Assembly: GCA_965368975.1 (NCBI GenBank)
Contig: CBDUPA010000020.1
Coordinates: 50,939-114,938 of the forward strand
Source: an uncultured bacterium
Lineage (GTDB): Bacteria > Acidobacteriota > Thermoanaerobaculia > Multivoradales > JAHZIX01
Direction of reading: 5' to 3'
DNA: 64,000 bases
Of the stretch, positions 28,349-38,379 are shown piece by piece (the stretch's first letter is position 1; each line of letters starts with the position of its first letter). Both the position numbers and the translations under genes were made by a program. Under the pieces are notes generated by a model. It was given only the letters and a program-made list of their open reading frames with translations, did no database searches and was not told where the DNA came from.

Positions 28349-29156
28349 GCTCGCCCATTCCCGTGACTTCGAAGCTGAGACCGTCGTAGCCGAACGCGAC
28401 CCCCTGCGGTAGCTCGATCTCCGGCCGTGCGTGGTCGATCTCGTGCGTCATGTGGGTGAACCAAGTGCGTCGAGCACCGATGCGCGCGGCCGCCGCGATC
28501 GCCTCGGCAACGCTGAAATGCGTCGTATGGGAACGGTAGCGCAGCGCACCGAGAATCAGTGTGTCGACGCCCGCGAGCAAGTCGAAGCTCGCCTCCGGGA
28601 TGTGGCTGCAGTCGGTGACGTAGGCGAAGTCGCCGAAGCGGAAACCCAGCACGGGCATCGAGCCGTGCAGCACCGGGATCGGTATCACGGGCTGCTCGGC
28701 GGCGGTGAAGGGACCGTCGATGGTATGCACCGTCAGCTGCGGCACGCCGCCGCCTTCCACCGGGCCCGTGTCGAAGACGTAGGCGAAGGACGTGCGAATG
28801 CGCTGCAAGGTCTCGGCGGAGCCGTAGCACGGGATCGATGTGCCTTGCCTGAAGTTGAAGGGCCGCACGTCGTCCAGACCGTGGATGTGGTCGGCGTGGG
28901 CGTGGGTGAAGAGCACGGCATCGAGGCGTCGCAGGCCGGCGCGCAAGACTTGCTGGCGCAGATCGGGGCCGGTATCGATCAAGATGGCGCGCTCCGCGTC
29001 GCCTTCAGCCATGTCTTCGGCTCGCCAGCGAACGAGCACCGACGCGCGCAGCCGCTGATTGTGCGGGTCGCCTGAAGTACAGACCGCACAATCGCAGCCG
29101 ATCATCGGCACGCCGTTGGAGGTTCCGCTACCCAGCATGGTAATTCTCAGAGTCAC
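28341..29156 (-). CDS. Metallo-beta-lactamase-fold phosphodiesterase (PhnP-like)
   Basis: LGSGTSNGVPMIGCDCAVC, IDTGPD, THAHADHIHG, THMTH. Confidence 0.9.
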   Translation of the reverse strand: MTLRITMLGSGTSNGVPMIGCDCAVCTSGDPHNQRLRASVLVRWRAEDMAEGDAERAILIDTGPDLRQQVLRAGLRRLDAVLFTHAHADHIHGLDDVRPFNFRQGTSIPCYGSAETLQRIRTSFAYVFDTGPVEGGGVPQLTVHTIDGPFTAAEQPVIPIPVLHGSMPVLGFRFGDFAYVTDCSHIPEASFDLLAGVDTLILGALRYRSHTTHFSVAEAIAAAARIGARRTWFTHMTHEIDHARPEIELPQGVAFGYDGLSFEVTGMGEHG

Positions 29157-29221
29157 AGTGAGTGTACTCCCGAAATTCTACCCGAGGAAAGGGAAGTCCT
29201 AGTGCGACTCATGAGCAGGAT

Positions 29222-29899
29222 TCAGCGGAACCACTCGACGCGCCGCGAGCGAAACCAGGCGTCCAAGAGTCGGACCTCGCCACCCTCGACCTGCCACTGG
29301 TGAGGCTCGTGGAAGTGACCGAGCAGGAGCACATCGTGCCCTTCGGTCAGCCGCTCACGGGCGTAGCGTCGAATCACGGCTTCTGGTACCTGAGCCTTGT
29401 GCTTGAAGTTACTCTTGGCCAGTCGCGCTTCGGTGGAGTGGATGGTGCGTTGAGCCAGCCGTCGAGGGATGCGCGTCACCAGAGTCCGGCTCATCCAGCT
29501 CTTGGACAGCCGGCGCCAGAAGCGGTACTTCCAGTCGCTGTCGTTGAGTCCGTCGCCGTGGACCGCCAGGTAGCGTACGCCTCCCGTGGAGAATGGGATC
29601 TCGGTCGCGATGCGGTCGAACGCCTGGGCGTAGGGGCTGCCCTGCAGGAAGAAGTCGCGATTCCCCTCGACGTACTCGACGCGCAACCCTGCTTCGCGCA
29701 GCCGCTGCAGTTCCGGCACCACCGCAGCCACCTCCGGCGTCTCGAAGCGGCGAACTCCGACCCACACATGGAAGACGTCGCCGAGCAGGATCAGGCGCCG
29801 GCAGCCCTGCTCCGGCAAGGCGCGGAGCTGCTCGATCAGCGGTGTGGCCTCGCCGCCCGGGCCGCCCAGGTGACAATCGGTGATGACGGCGACGCTCAT
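29222..29899 (-). CDS. lpxH: UDP-2,3-diacylglucosamine hydrolase-like metallophosphoesterase
   Basis: DCHL, LGDVF, GNRDF, HGD, GHFH. Confidence 0.8.
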   Translation of the reverse strand: MSVAVITDCHLGGPGGEATPLIEQLRALPEQGCRRLILLGDVFHVWVGVRRFETPEVAAVVPELQRLREAGLRVEYVEGNRDFFLQGSPYAQAFDRIATEIPFSTGGVRYLAVHGDGLNDSDWKYRFWRRLSKSWMSRTLVTRIPRRLAQRTIHSTEARLAKSNFKHKAQVPEAVIRRYARERLTEGHDVLLLGHFHEPHQWQVEGGEVRLLDAWFRSRRVEWFR

Positions 29900-29940
29900 G
29901 CGAGCCTCCTGCTGGTCACGAGGTCTTGCTGTTCACGAGG

Positions 29941-31032
29941 TCAGACGATCGACAGCTTCGGTCGCTTGGCAGCTTCTGCGTCGACCTCCTCGATCACGGC
30001 CTCGGCGATGGCGCGGAAGGCCGCCGCGTGGGACCCGTCCGGCTGAGCGACGGCGATCGGCACGCCGCTGTCGCCGCCCTCGACGATCGCGGGGTCGAGC
30101 GGGATCGCGCCCAGGAAGCGCGTCTGCAACACCTTCGCCGTGCGCTCGCCGCCGCCGTGCTTGAACACCGGCGTGCTCTCGCCGCAGTGCGGGCAGACGA
30201 ACATCGACATGTTCTCGACCAGGCCGACCACCGGCACCTGCACCTTGCGGAACATGGCCAGGCCCTTGCGCGCGTCGATCAAGGCGACATCCTGCGGCGT
30301 CGTGACGATCACCGCGCCGGCCAGCGGCACCTTCTGACTGAGCGTCAGCTGAGCGTCGCCGGTGCCCGGCGGCATGTCGACGATCAGGTAGTCGAGCGCA
30401 CCCCAGGCGACGTCACCGAGCAGCTGCTCCAGCGCGCGCATGACCATCGGGCCACGCCAGATCACCGGCGTGTCGGTGTCGAGGATGACGCCGAGCGACA
30501 TCACTTTGACGCCGTGGCACTCGAAAGGTAAGAGCTTCTCGCCCTGCATGGCCGGTTTGTCGGTGATGCCGAACATCAGCGGCATCGACGGCCCGTAGAT
30601 GTCGGCGTCGAGCAGGCCGACGCGATGGCCGAGCGCCGCCAGCGATACCGCCAGGTTCGCCGACACGGTCGACTTGCCGACGCCGCCCTTGCCGGACGCC
30701 ACCGCCACCACGTGCCGCACCTCGGGGATCAGGTTCGGATCACGTGCCACGGCCTTCTGTGCGCGAGCATGTGGCAGTTCCGGTTTCTCGACGTGCAGCT
30801 TGATCGTCGCTGACTCGATCTCCGGCAGCGCGGTCAGGGTCTCGCGTACGTCGCCGCGAATACGTTCCACCGCCGTGTCGTTCTGCGTCGCGATCTCCAT
30901 CTCGACGACGGCGTCGGTGCCACGGATCTCGACGCCGCGCACGAAGCCGAAGGAAACGATGTCCCGCTTCATACCGGGAAACTTGATGGTCTTGAGAGCA
31001 TCCCAGATCCGGGATTCGAGGTCTTGGGCCAT
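29941..31032 (-). CDS. mrp: Mrp/NBP35 (ApbC) Fe-S carrier ATPase
   Basis: N-terminal DUF59-like domain, SGKGGVGKST, DADIYGPS, WRGPM, DMPPGTGD, CPHC. Confidence 0.93.
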   Translation of the reverse strand: MAQDLESRIWDALKTIKFPGMKRDIVSFGFVRGVEIRGTDAVVEMEIATQNDTAVERIRGDVRETLTALPEIESATIKLHVEKPELPHARAQKAVARDPNLIPEVRHVVAVASGKGGVGKSTVSANLAVSLAALGHRVGLLDADIYGPSMPLMFGITDKPAMQGEKLLPFECHGVKVMSLGVILDTDTPVIWRGPMVMRALEQLLGDVAWGALDYLIVDMPPGTGDAQLTLSQKVPLAGAVIVTTPQDVALIDARKGLAMFRKVQVPVVGLVENMSMFVCPHCGESTPVFKHGGGERTAKVLQTRFLGAIPLDPAIVEGGDSGVPIAVAQPDGSHAAAFRAIAEAVIEEVDAEAAKRPKLSIV

Positions 31033-31146
31033 AGAGTTGAGATCCTGTTGTGGGGTGATGGGCGGAAGGTGTGGAAGGACAAAGAGCCCGCCACGCGCAG
31101 CGATTGTATCGGCCGCCGGCAACGTTGCAACCCGAGCAGGCTGCAA

Positions 31147-31908
31147 TCAGCTCGCCGAATGCTGGTCGCTCAGCTCCAGGATCGCCTGCCGTAGATCCGC
31201 CTCGAGCTTCTTGCGTCCACGGATGCCGTAGTCTTCGGGGTGCAGCGGCGATCCGAAACGCACCTCCAATCGCCCCGGTCGCACGCGCAGCGTGCCGCGT
31301 GGAAAGGCGTCGAAGCTGCCTCGAATGCCCACCGGCACCACCGGCAGGCCACTCTTCAGTGCCATCAACAAGCCACCCCGTCGCAACTCGTGCAAGCGTC
31401 CATCCGGCGAGCGCGTGCCCTCGGGAAAGATCACCACCGAATCCCCGGGCCGGGCCGCCTGCAGCGTCTCGATCGCCTGCCCGAAGGCGTCCCGGGAGCG
31501 CTCCCGATTGCCCCGATCTACCGGAATGAACCCCCCCAGGTGTAAGGCCCAGCCGAACACGGGGATCTGGAACAGCGACCGCTTGGCCATGAAGCGCGGT
31601 CGCCCCGGCAGGACGCGGAAGAGTAGGGGGATGTCGATCCACGAGCAGTGGTTGGCCAGAAAGATGTAGCTCTTGGCCGGATCGAGAGCGTCGGCAAACT
31701 GGGTTCTCACCCGCATCCCGGCGCAGGCTAGCCAAAGCCACGCCCAGATGCGAGCGAAGAACACCACCGAACTTCCAAGCGGAGGAATCCAGGCGGTGAC
31801 GACGGCCAGCGTGCTGAACACGACAGTGCCGAGCACCAGAAACGTAGTGCCAGTGACGGTAGCGATGGCGGAGCGGACGGTCGAGAGGAAACTGCGCGGG
31901 GCGCTCAT
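31147..31908 (-). CDS. plsC: 1-acyl-sn-glycerol-3-phosphate acyltransferase
   Basis: NHCSWID (HX4D), FIPVDR, IFPEGTRS. Confidence 0.88.
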   Translation of the reverse strand: MSAPRSFLSTVRSAIATVTGTTFLVLGTVVFSTLAVVTAWIPPLGSSVVFFARIWAWLWLACAGMRVRTQFADALDPAKSYIFLANHCSWIDIPLLFRVLPGRPRFMAKRSLFQIPVFGWALHLGGFIPVDRGNRERSRDAFGQAIETLQAARPGDSVVIFPEGTRSPDGRLHELRRGGLLMALKSGLPVVPVGIRGSFDAFPRGTLRVRPGRLEVRFGSPLHPEDYGIRGRKKLEADLRQAILELSDQHSAS

Positions 31909-31982
31909 GGCACGGGTAGTGTATCGCGGAGCAAGGCGCGGCAACCATGGCTTGCGTGCCGCCTCTGCTACAATCCGCCGCG

Positions 31983-32405
31983 ATGTCCGACCGCCTGCAT
32001 GCGAAGACCGAACGCCTGGTGCGGCGCTTTCTGTGGCTGCGATTGCTGCGGCTCAGTCTGGTGGTCGGTGCGCTCTACGATGTTGCCTTTGCCGCGATGA
32101 TGGTGCTGGCACCGCAGGTGCCAGGGCGATGGCTCGAGTTGCCGCTACCCGGAGAGCGTTTCTACTTGTGGATCATGGCGGTCTTTCTGCTCATGCTGGC
32201 GACGCTGTACCTGCTGGCAGTGCGCGATCCTCGGCGCTACAGCGGGGTCATTGCGGTAGCCATCGTGGGCCGGACGGCCGGAGCGCTGGCCTTCGCCCTG
32301 GCAGCCTGGTTGCAGCCGGAGTTGTGGGGCCTGTGGCCACTGGCCGTGGCGGATTTCCTGTTCGCCGTCGCCCATGCGACGTGCTGGTGGCCGCTGCGTG
32401 CCTAA
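31983..32405 (+). CDS. Small 4-TM membrane protein of unknown function
   Basis: Four hydrophobic segments; extended -10 (TGcTACAAT) 8 nt before the ATG. Confidence 0.72.
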   Translation: MSDRLHAKTERLVRRFLWLRLLRLSLVVGALYDVAFAAMMVLAPQVPGRWLELPLPGERFYLWIMAVFLLMLATLYLLAVRDPRRYSGVIAVAIVGRTAGALAFALAAWLQPELWGLWPLAVADFLFAVAHATCWWPLRA

Positions 32406-32562
32406 AGGCTTCGATTGCACGCATGGCTGCAGGCCCCGAGCGGGCACCAAGTACAGCGCCCTGAGCGCGTTTGTCATCCTCGCGGTTTCCGCGTAACATC
32501 TCAGCCGACCCTCCACGGCAGTCGCTCCGACGCCCGACGGAGTGGCTTCACGGAATAGAGAC

Positions 32563-33528
32563 ATGTCTGCCCACGTCCTCCTCACCGGCGGTGCCGGTTT
32601 CATCGGTTCCCACGTCACACGGCGCCTCCTTGATCGGGGGGACCGAGTGACGGTGCTCGATGATTTCAACGATTTCTACGATCCCGCCCGTAAGCGAGCC
32701 AACGTGGCGCGGTTCCTCGACCACCCGAGCTATCGCTTGGTCGAGGGCGATATCCGCGACACGGCCCTGGTCGAGGAGTTGTTCGACGGCAACGACTTCA
32801 CCGCGGTGATCCACCTGGCGGCCCGCGCCGGTGTGCGGCCGAGCCTGGCCGAGCCGATCCTCTACGAGGACGTCAACTGCATCGGCACGCTGCGCTTGCT
32901 CGAAGCGGCACGTCGCCACGGGCCGCGGGTCTTCACCTTCGGGTCGTCGTCGTCGGTATACGGCATCAACAAGAAGGTGCCGTTCAGCGAGAGCGACGAG
33001 ATCAACCAGCCGATCAGCCCGTACGCGACCACCAAGCGTACCGGCGAGTTGCTCTGCTACAACTACCATCATCTCTACGGCCTGAAGGTCAGCTGCCTGC
33101 GCTTCTTCACCGTCTACGGCCCGAGCCAGCGGCCGGAGATGGCGATCCACAAGTTCACCGACTTGATGGCCCGGGGCTTGCCGATCCCGATGTTCGGCGA
33201 CGGCGGCAGCCGGCGAGACTACACCTTCATCGACGACATCGTCGACGGAGTGCTGGCGGCCATGGACACGGCGCCGGACTTCGAGATCTTCAATCTCGGC
33301 GGTGCGGAGACGACCTCGCTGCAGGAGCTCGTCACCTGGATCGCCGACGAACTCGGTGTCGAGCCCAACATCGATCGGCAGCCGGACCAGCCCGGCGATG
33401 TACCTGTGACCTACGCGGATGTCGACAAGGCGGCGCGCCTGCTCGGCTACCGGCCCAAGGTGCCGATCCGCGAAGGGCTGCGTCGGTTCGTGCGCTGGTA
33501 TCGCGAGGCCAACAGTTCTGCTAGCTGA
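32563..33528 (+). CDS. NAD-dependent epimerase, probably UDP-glucuronate 4-epimerase
   Basis: TGGAGFIG, HLAARAGVR, SSSSVYG, YATTK, RFFTVYGP..RPEMA. Confidence 0.85.
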   Translation: MSAHVLLTGGAGFIGSHVTRRLLDRGDRVTVLDDFNDFYDPARKRANVARFLDHPSYRLVEGDIRDTALVEELFDGNDFTAVIHLAARAGVRPSLAEPILYEDVNCIGTLRLLEAARRHGPRVFTFGSSSSVYGINKKVPFSESDEINQPISPYATTKRTGELLCYNYHHLYGLKVSCLRFFTVYGPSQRPEMAIHKFTDLMARGLPIPMFGDGGSRRDYTFIDDIVDGVLAAMDTAPDFEIFNLGGAETTSLQELVTWIADELGVEPNIDRQPDQPGDVPVTYADVDKAARLLGYRPKVPIREGLRRFVRWYREANSSAS

Positions 33529-33579
33529 GCTGTCCGCGATGGGCGGCGACACCCTAACTTCCTACCAAGCTTCAGCATC

Positions 33580-34908
33580 ATGAATATCTGTGTTGTCGGT
33601 AGTGGCTACGTGGGCCTGGTGACCGGCGCCTGCTTGGCCGATTTCGGGATGACCGTCACCGGCGTGGACAAAGATCACGCCAAGGTCGAAGCGCTCCGGC
33701 GTGGTGAGATTCCCATCTACGAACCCGGTCTCGACACGGTGGTGCGCAAGAACACCGCTGAGGGACGCTTGAGTTTCACCACCGATCTGGGACCCTCGAT
33801 CGAGGCGGCCCGAGCGGTCTTCATCGCCGTCGGTACCCCGCCGCTGCCGGATGGCTCGGCGGACCTCTCCTTCGTGCGCGACGTCGCTCGCTCGATCGGC
33901 CAGCATCTCAACGACTACAAGGTGATCATCACCAAGAGCACGGTACCGATCGGTACCGGCAAGATGATCGAGCAGCTCGTGCGCGAGGAGGCCGGCGCGG
34001 ATGCCAGCTTCGCCGTGGTCAGTAACCCGGAATTCTTGCGTGAGGGGTCGGCGATCGAAGACTTCATGAAGCCCGACCGCGTGGTGGTGGGTAGCAACGA
34101 TCCGCGAGCGATCGAGATCATGCTCGACATCTACTCCCCGCTGCGCGTCGCGGACGTGCCGTTCGTCACCACCGATGTCGAGAGCGCGGAGCTGATCAAG
34201 TACGCCTCCAATGGCTTCCTGGCCACCAAGATTTCGTTCATCAACGAGGTCGCGGCGCTGTGTGAGCGTCTCGACGCCGACGTCGAAGTGGTGGCGCGGG
34301 GCATGGGGCTCGACCAGCGTATCGGTCCGCGCTTCCTGCACCCTGGGCCGGGCTTCGGTGGTTCGTGCTTCCCCAAGGACACGCGCGCGGTCGCCAGCAT
34401 CGCGGAAGAGGCGGGCCTAAACTTCCGCATCATCGAGGCGGTGCTGGAGGTCAACGAGGTGACCAAGGCGCGCATGGTGGACAAGATTCGCGACGCGTTC
34501 GGTGAACTGCGGGGCCAGACGGTGGCGGTGCTCGGCCTGTCCTTCAAGCCCGAGACCGACGACATCCGCGAATCACCGGCCTTGCCGATCGTCTGCGACT
34601 TGGTGAAAGCTGGTGCCAAAGTCCGCGCCTACGATCCCGCGGCGATGGACGCGGCGCGTCCCGAGCTGCCGGCCGAAGTCGAGATGTGCCCGAACTCGTA
34701 CGCCGCTGCCGAGGGTGCCGACGGCCTGGTGATTCTCACTGAATGGAACCAGTTCCGCGCGCTCGGTCTGCAACGGCTCAAGGAGTCGTTGAACCGACCT
34801 CTTGTGGTCGATCTACGCAATATCTACGATCCGGAGAAGATGGCGGCCGCCGGCTTCCATTACATCTCCGTTGGCCGTCGTGAAGGTCGGCCGGAGGACG
34901 CACAATGA
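33580..34908 (+). CDS. ugd: UDP-glucose 6-dehydrogenase
   Basis: [41 protein letters not shown]. Confidence 0.94.
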   Translation: MNICVVGSGYVGLVTGACLADFGMTVTGVDKDHAKVEALRRGEIPIYEPGLDTVVRKNTAEGRLSFTTDLGPSIEAARAVFIAVGTPPLPDGSADLSFVRDVARSIGQHLNDYKVIITKSTVPIGTGKMIEQLVREEAGADASFAVVSNPEFLREGSAIEDFMKPDRVVVGSNDPRAIEIMLDIYSPLRVADVPFVTTDVESAELIKYASNGFLATKISFINEVAALCERLDADVEVVARGMGLDQRIGPRFLHPGPGFGGSCFPKDTRAVASIAEEAGLNFRIIEAVLEVNEVTKARMVDKIRDAFGELRGQTVAVLGLSFKPETDDIRESPALPIVCDLVKAGAKVRAYDPAAMDAARPELPAEVEMCPNSYAAAEGADGLVILTEWNQFRALGLQRLKESLNRPLVVDLRNIYDPEKMAAAGFHYISVGRREGRPEDAQ

Positions 34909-35843
34909 GCTTGGCTGTGGTCACGGGCGGCGCCGGATTTCTCGGGTCGCACCTGTGCGAGCGATTGCTCGCCGAGGGCAACCGTGTCCTGTGCGTCGAC
35001 AATTTCATCACCGGCCGCCAGGCCAACATCGAACACCTGCTGGCGAATCCGGACTTCCGCTTCCTGAAGCAGGATGTGTCGCAGCCGTTCACGGTCGACG
35101 ACAAGGTCGACTTCGTGCTGCACCTGGCGTCACCGGCCAGTCCCATCGACTACCTCGAGCTGCCGATCCAGACGCTCAAGGTCGGCTCCCTGGGGACGCA
35201 CAACACGCTCGGCTTGGCGCGCGCCCACCGGGCACGCTACCTGCTCGCCTCGACCTCCGAGGTGTACGGAGATCCGCTGGTGCATCCGCAGCCCGAGAGC
35301 TACTGGGGCAACGTCAACCCGGTCGGACCGCGCGGCGTGTACGACGAGGCCAAACGCTTTGCCGAGGCGATGGCGATGGCCTATCACCGGGTGCACGGGC
35401 TGGAGGTCCGCATCGTGCGTATCTTCAATACCTATGGCCCGCGCATGCGCCTGCGCGACGGTCGCGTGGTGCCCGCCTTCATCCAACAGGCGCTGCAAGG
35501 CGAAGACTTGACGGTCTTCGGTGACGGCAGCCAGACGCGGTCGTTCTGCTTTGTCGACGACCTGATCGACGGCATCTACCGCCTGCTGCACAGCGACGCC
35601 GACGAGCCGGTCAACATCGGCAATCCCCACGAGATGACCATTCTGGAATTCGCCGAGACAGTCATTCGACTCACCGACTCGGGCAGCCGCATCGCCAATC
35701 GGCCGCTGCCGGTCGACGACCCCAAGACCCGGCGGCCCGACATCACGCGGGCTCGCGAGATTCTGGGTTGGGAGCCGAAGATCGGTCTCGAAGACGGCCT
35801 GCGGCGCACCATCAACCACTTCCGCGGCCACCTGGACGCCTGA
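34905..35843 (+). CDS. UDP-glucuronate decarboxylase (UDP-xylose synthase) family
   Basis: [46 protein letters not shown]. Confidence 0.9.
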   Translation: MSLAVVTGGAGFLGSHLCERLLAEGNRVLCVDNFITGRQANIEHLLANPDFRFLKQDVSQPFTVDDKVDFVLHLASPASPIDYLELPIQTLKVGSLGTHNTLGLARAHRARYLLASTSEVYGDPLVHPQPESYWGNVNPVGPRGVYDEAKRFAEAMAMAYHRVHGLEVRIVRIFNTYGPRMRLRDGRVVPAFIQQALQGEDLTVFGDGSQTRSFCFVDDLIDGIYRLLHSDADEPVNIGNPHEMTILEFAETVIRLTDSGSRIANRPLPVDDPKTRRPDITRAREILGWEPKIGLEDGLRRTINHFRGHLDA

Positions 35844-35862
35844 CCGGAACGGAGAGCGAGAT

Positions 35863-36180
35863 ATGAGCGATCCAGCCGAGACCCAAGTTCACTGTGCCCG
35901 CTGCGGCCGCGATGCCGCGGCACTCGACCGGCTACCGGTACCGGGTGCTGTCGGCGCAGAAATTCAGCAGCGTGTCTGCGTCGACTGCTGGCAGGAATGG
36001 CAGAACATGGAAGTGATGGTGATCAACGAATTGCGCCTGAACTTCATGGACCCGGAAGCCCAGACGGTACTCGAGCAGCAGATGCGCCAGTTCCTCTTCG
36101 AGCCGGACGACAGTGTGCTGCCCGAGGGTATCCCGACCGAGGGTGACGGTAGTCAGGGTAGCGGCAGCAGTGACGCCTGA
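35863..36180 (+). CDS. yggX: Fe(II)-trafficking / oxidative damage protection protein (YggX-like)
   Basis: VHC.RCG, CWQEW...MVINELRLN..DPEA..LEQQMRQFL. Confidence 0.8.
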   Translation: MSDPAETQVHCARCGRDAAALDRLPVPGAVGAEIQQRVCVDCWQEWQNMEVMVINELRLNFMDPEAQTVLEQQMRQFLFEPDDSVLPEGIPTEGDGSQGSGSSDA

Positions 36181-36206
36181 GCTGCTGCCGGCGTTGTGAG
36201 TTCGTG

Positions 36207-37262
36207 ATGCACTCGCTGCTCGAGAAAGGCGCCACTGCCTACCGGCGGGGCGACTACGCCGAGGCCGCCTTCGATTGGCGCACGGCCGCCAAGCTACAGG
36301 AAGGTGTCGAGCGCGACCTCTGCCAGATCCTGGCGCGACTTGCGGCGGCCCTGGCCGCTGGCGCCGGGAGTCAGGAAGCCGAAGCGCTACGTCAGGCACG
36401 TGCCGAGCTGGGGGAGATCCCGGCCAAGGCCGTGCTCGGGCTCGATCTCGAACGCCTGCGGCAGGATTGGCCTTTCGATCGGGAGGTTCTGCAAGGGCCG
36501 CCGCCGTTGACACCCGCGCGCCGTTTGCGCAAGCGCGCCGTGGCGCGCTTCGCACTGATGGTCCTGGTGGTGCTCGGCGCCTTGGCCGCGCTACGCTGGA
36601 CGCCGCTGGCCGAGCTGACCAACCGCGAGTTGGTGGTGGCCCAGCTGGACGCCTTGAGCCAGGCTTGGTGGGCGCCGCTGGCGCTGCTCGGCTTGTACCT
36701 CTTCGTCTGTGGCTTCGGACTGCCGGTCAGCGGCCTGATCTTTGCGGGAGCCGTCGTCTTCGGTCCCGTGCGTGGCACCCTGTTCAACGTGCTGGGCTCC
36801 TTCCTGGGTGCCATCGTTGCTTACGTGGTGGCTCGCTCCCTCGGCCGCGAGCTGGTCGAGCATCTGGCTGGCGATCGCCTCAAGCGTGTCGAGCGGCTGA
36901 TGGACCGCCAGGGCTTCTGGACCTTGCTGCGCATCCGCCTGCTACCGGTTCCGTTCCCGATGATCAACTTCGGAGCCGCACTGGTCGGTGTCAAACCACT
37001 GACCTACTTCACGTCATCCTTCTTCGGCATCCTGATCCCGATCGGCCTGTTCAGCATCCTCTATGCCTCGATCGGCCGCACCTTGCTCGAAGCTACCGGC
37101 GACGAAGCCCGGGCCATGACGCTGGATGCCCTGATCAAGGTGATCTTGCTGCTGGGCGCGCTGGTCGCGGTGACCTCTCTGCCGCAGCTGTGGATCAACC
37201 TGCAGCGCCGCCGCCGCTACCTGCGGCTGCTCGAACAGCGCCGGCAGCGGCGCTCGTCGTAG
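36207..37262 (+). CDS. TVP38/TMEM64 (DedA-superfamily) membrane protein with degenerate DUF309-like N-terminal domain
   Basis: C-half FGPVRG, ARSLGR, LRIRLLPVPFPMIN is VTT-like; N-half resembles the DUF309 helical pattern. Confidence 0.75.
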   Translation: MHSLLEKGATAYRRGDYAEAAFDWRTAAKLQEGVERDLCQILARLAAALAAGAGSQEAEALRQARAELGEIPAKAVLGLDLERLRQDWPFDREVLQGPPPLTPARRLRKRAVARFALMVLVVLGALAALRWTPLAELTNRELVVAQLDALSQAWWAPLALLGLYLFVCGFGLPVSGLIFAGAVVFGPVRGTLFNVLGSFLGAIVAYVVARSLGRELVEHLAGDRLKRVERLMDRQGFWTLLRIRLLPVPFPMINFGAALVGVKPLTYFTSSFFGILIPIGLFSILYASIGRTLLEATGDEARAMTLDALIKVILLLGALVAVTSLPQLWINLQRRRRYLRLLEQRRQRRSS

Positions 37263-37288
37263 TCTTCACCAGCGGCGTGTTCGACGGC

Positions 37289-38173
37289 TCAGCCGTTGTG
37301 CTTCAGCGTCTCCAGGATCTCGGTGATCTGCTCTTCGGCCTTGGCCAGCGGCAGCGGTACGGTACCGGCGCCACGATGACCGCCGCCGCCGAAGCGCGAC
37401 ATCAGTTCGCCAACGCTGGTATTGCAGCTGCGGTTGAAGATCGAGTGGCCGACGGCCGCGATCACGGACTCGCGCTGCGGCCCCCAGTGCAGGCGCAGCG
37501 ATACGTTGGCCTCCGGGAACAGCGTGTAGACCAGGAAGCGATTGCCGATCGGCGGCACCGCGTAGGGTCTGAAGTCCGTGACCACGACGTTGCCGTCCAA
37601 GTGCGAGCTACGCATGAGGGCGCGGCGGAACTCGGCGTCCTGTTCGCGTACCTTCTTGACGTTGATCCACACCTCGGGCTGTTCGAGCACCTCGTCGATC
37701 GGCATGGTGCGCAAGTAGCCCAGGCACTCCGTGAAGTAGTCCTGGTAGTTGCCCAGGCCGGTGCGGCTGTCGAGGGTGAAGCCGAGCAGAATGTAGCCCT
37801 GCGGATCGAGCACGTCCTCGCGCGTCAGGTTGGCAGAGTCCAGCCGGTTGGTCTCCGCGATCAGGCGGGCGAAGCGGCGGTCGCGGCCGTAGAACTCCCA
37901 GATCAGGTGTGCGGCGCTGGCGGCGTGGCCGTACTTCCCCTTGAAGTCCTTGGGCGGTTTGGTGTTGGACTCCGTCTGCAGGTGGTGATCGAACCACATG
38001 GCGCAGGCCGGGTGATACGGCAGGTTGGCCACGATGTCGTCGCCGGTGACGTTGAACTTGCGGTCGGTGATGTCCTGCGGGTGGACCAGGACGACGTCGT
38101 CGACATCCTCCAGTTCGGTCAACAAAACCGCACAGGCCAAGCCGTCGAGGTCACCACGGGTGACGAGTCGCAT
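37289..38173 (-). CDS. DHH-family phosphoesterase (exopolyphosphatase/nanoRNase-like)
   Basis: TRGDLDG, FDHH, SAA, GGGGH. Confidence 0.85.
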   Translation of the reverse strand: MRLVTRGDLDGLACAVLLTELEDVDDVVLVHPQDITDRKFNVTGDDIVANLPYHPACAMWFDHHLQTESNTKPPKDFKGKYGHAASAAHLIWEFYGRDRRFARLIAETNRLDSANLTREDVLDPQGYILLGFTLDSRTGLGNYQDYFTECLGYLRTMPIDEVLEQPEVWINVKKVREQDAEFRRALMRSSHLDGNVVVTDFRPYAVPPIGNRFLVYTLFPEANVSLRLHWGPQRESVIAAVGHSIFNRSCNTSVGELMSRFGGGGHRGAGTVPLPLAKAEEQITEILETLKHNG

Positions 38174-38379
38174 TGGGGGGCTCCTCTCCGAAACGCGGGG
38201 GCTTCTGAAACGTACAAGAGGTCTGTTCGAGACTTCGTTCTATCACATCCAGCCGGCACTGACGGCTGCCCACGGGCGCTTCTAGAGCGTCGTGGTAATG
38301 TTCGCAACGTCGAAAGCACCCGCTCCCTTTGGCGAATCTGAAGGCAGCGGCCATCCTCAAAGAATTCTCAGGAGCACGC

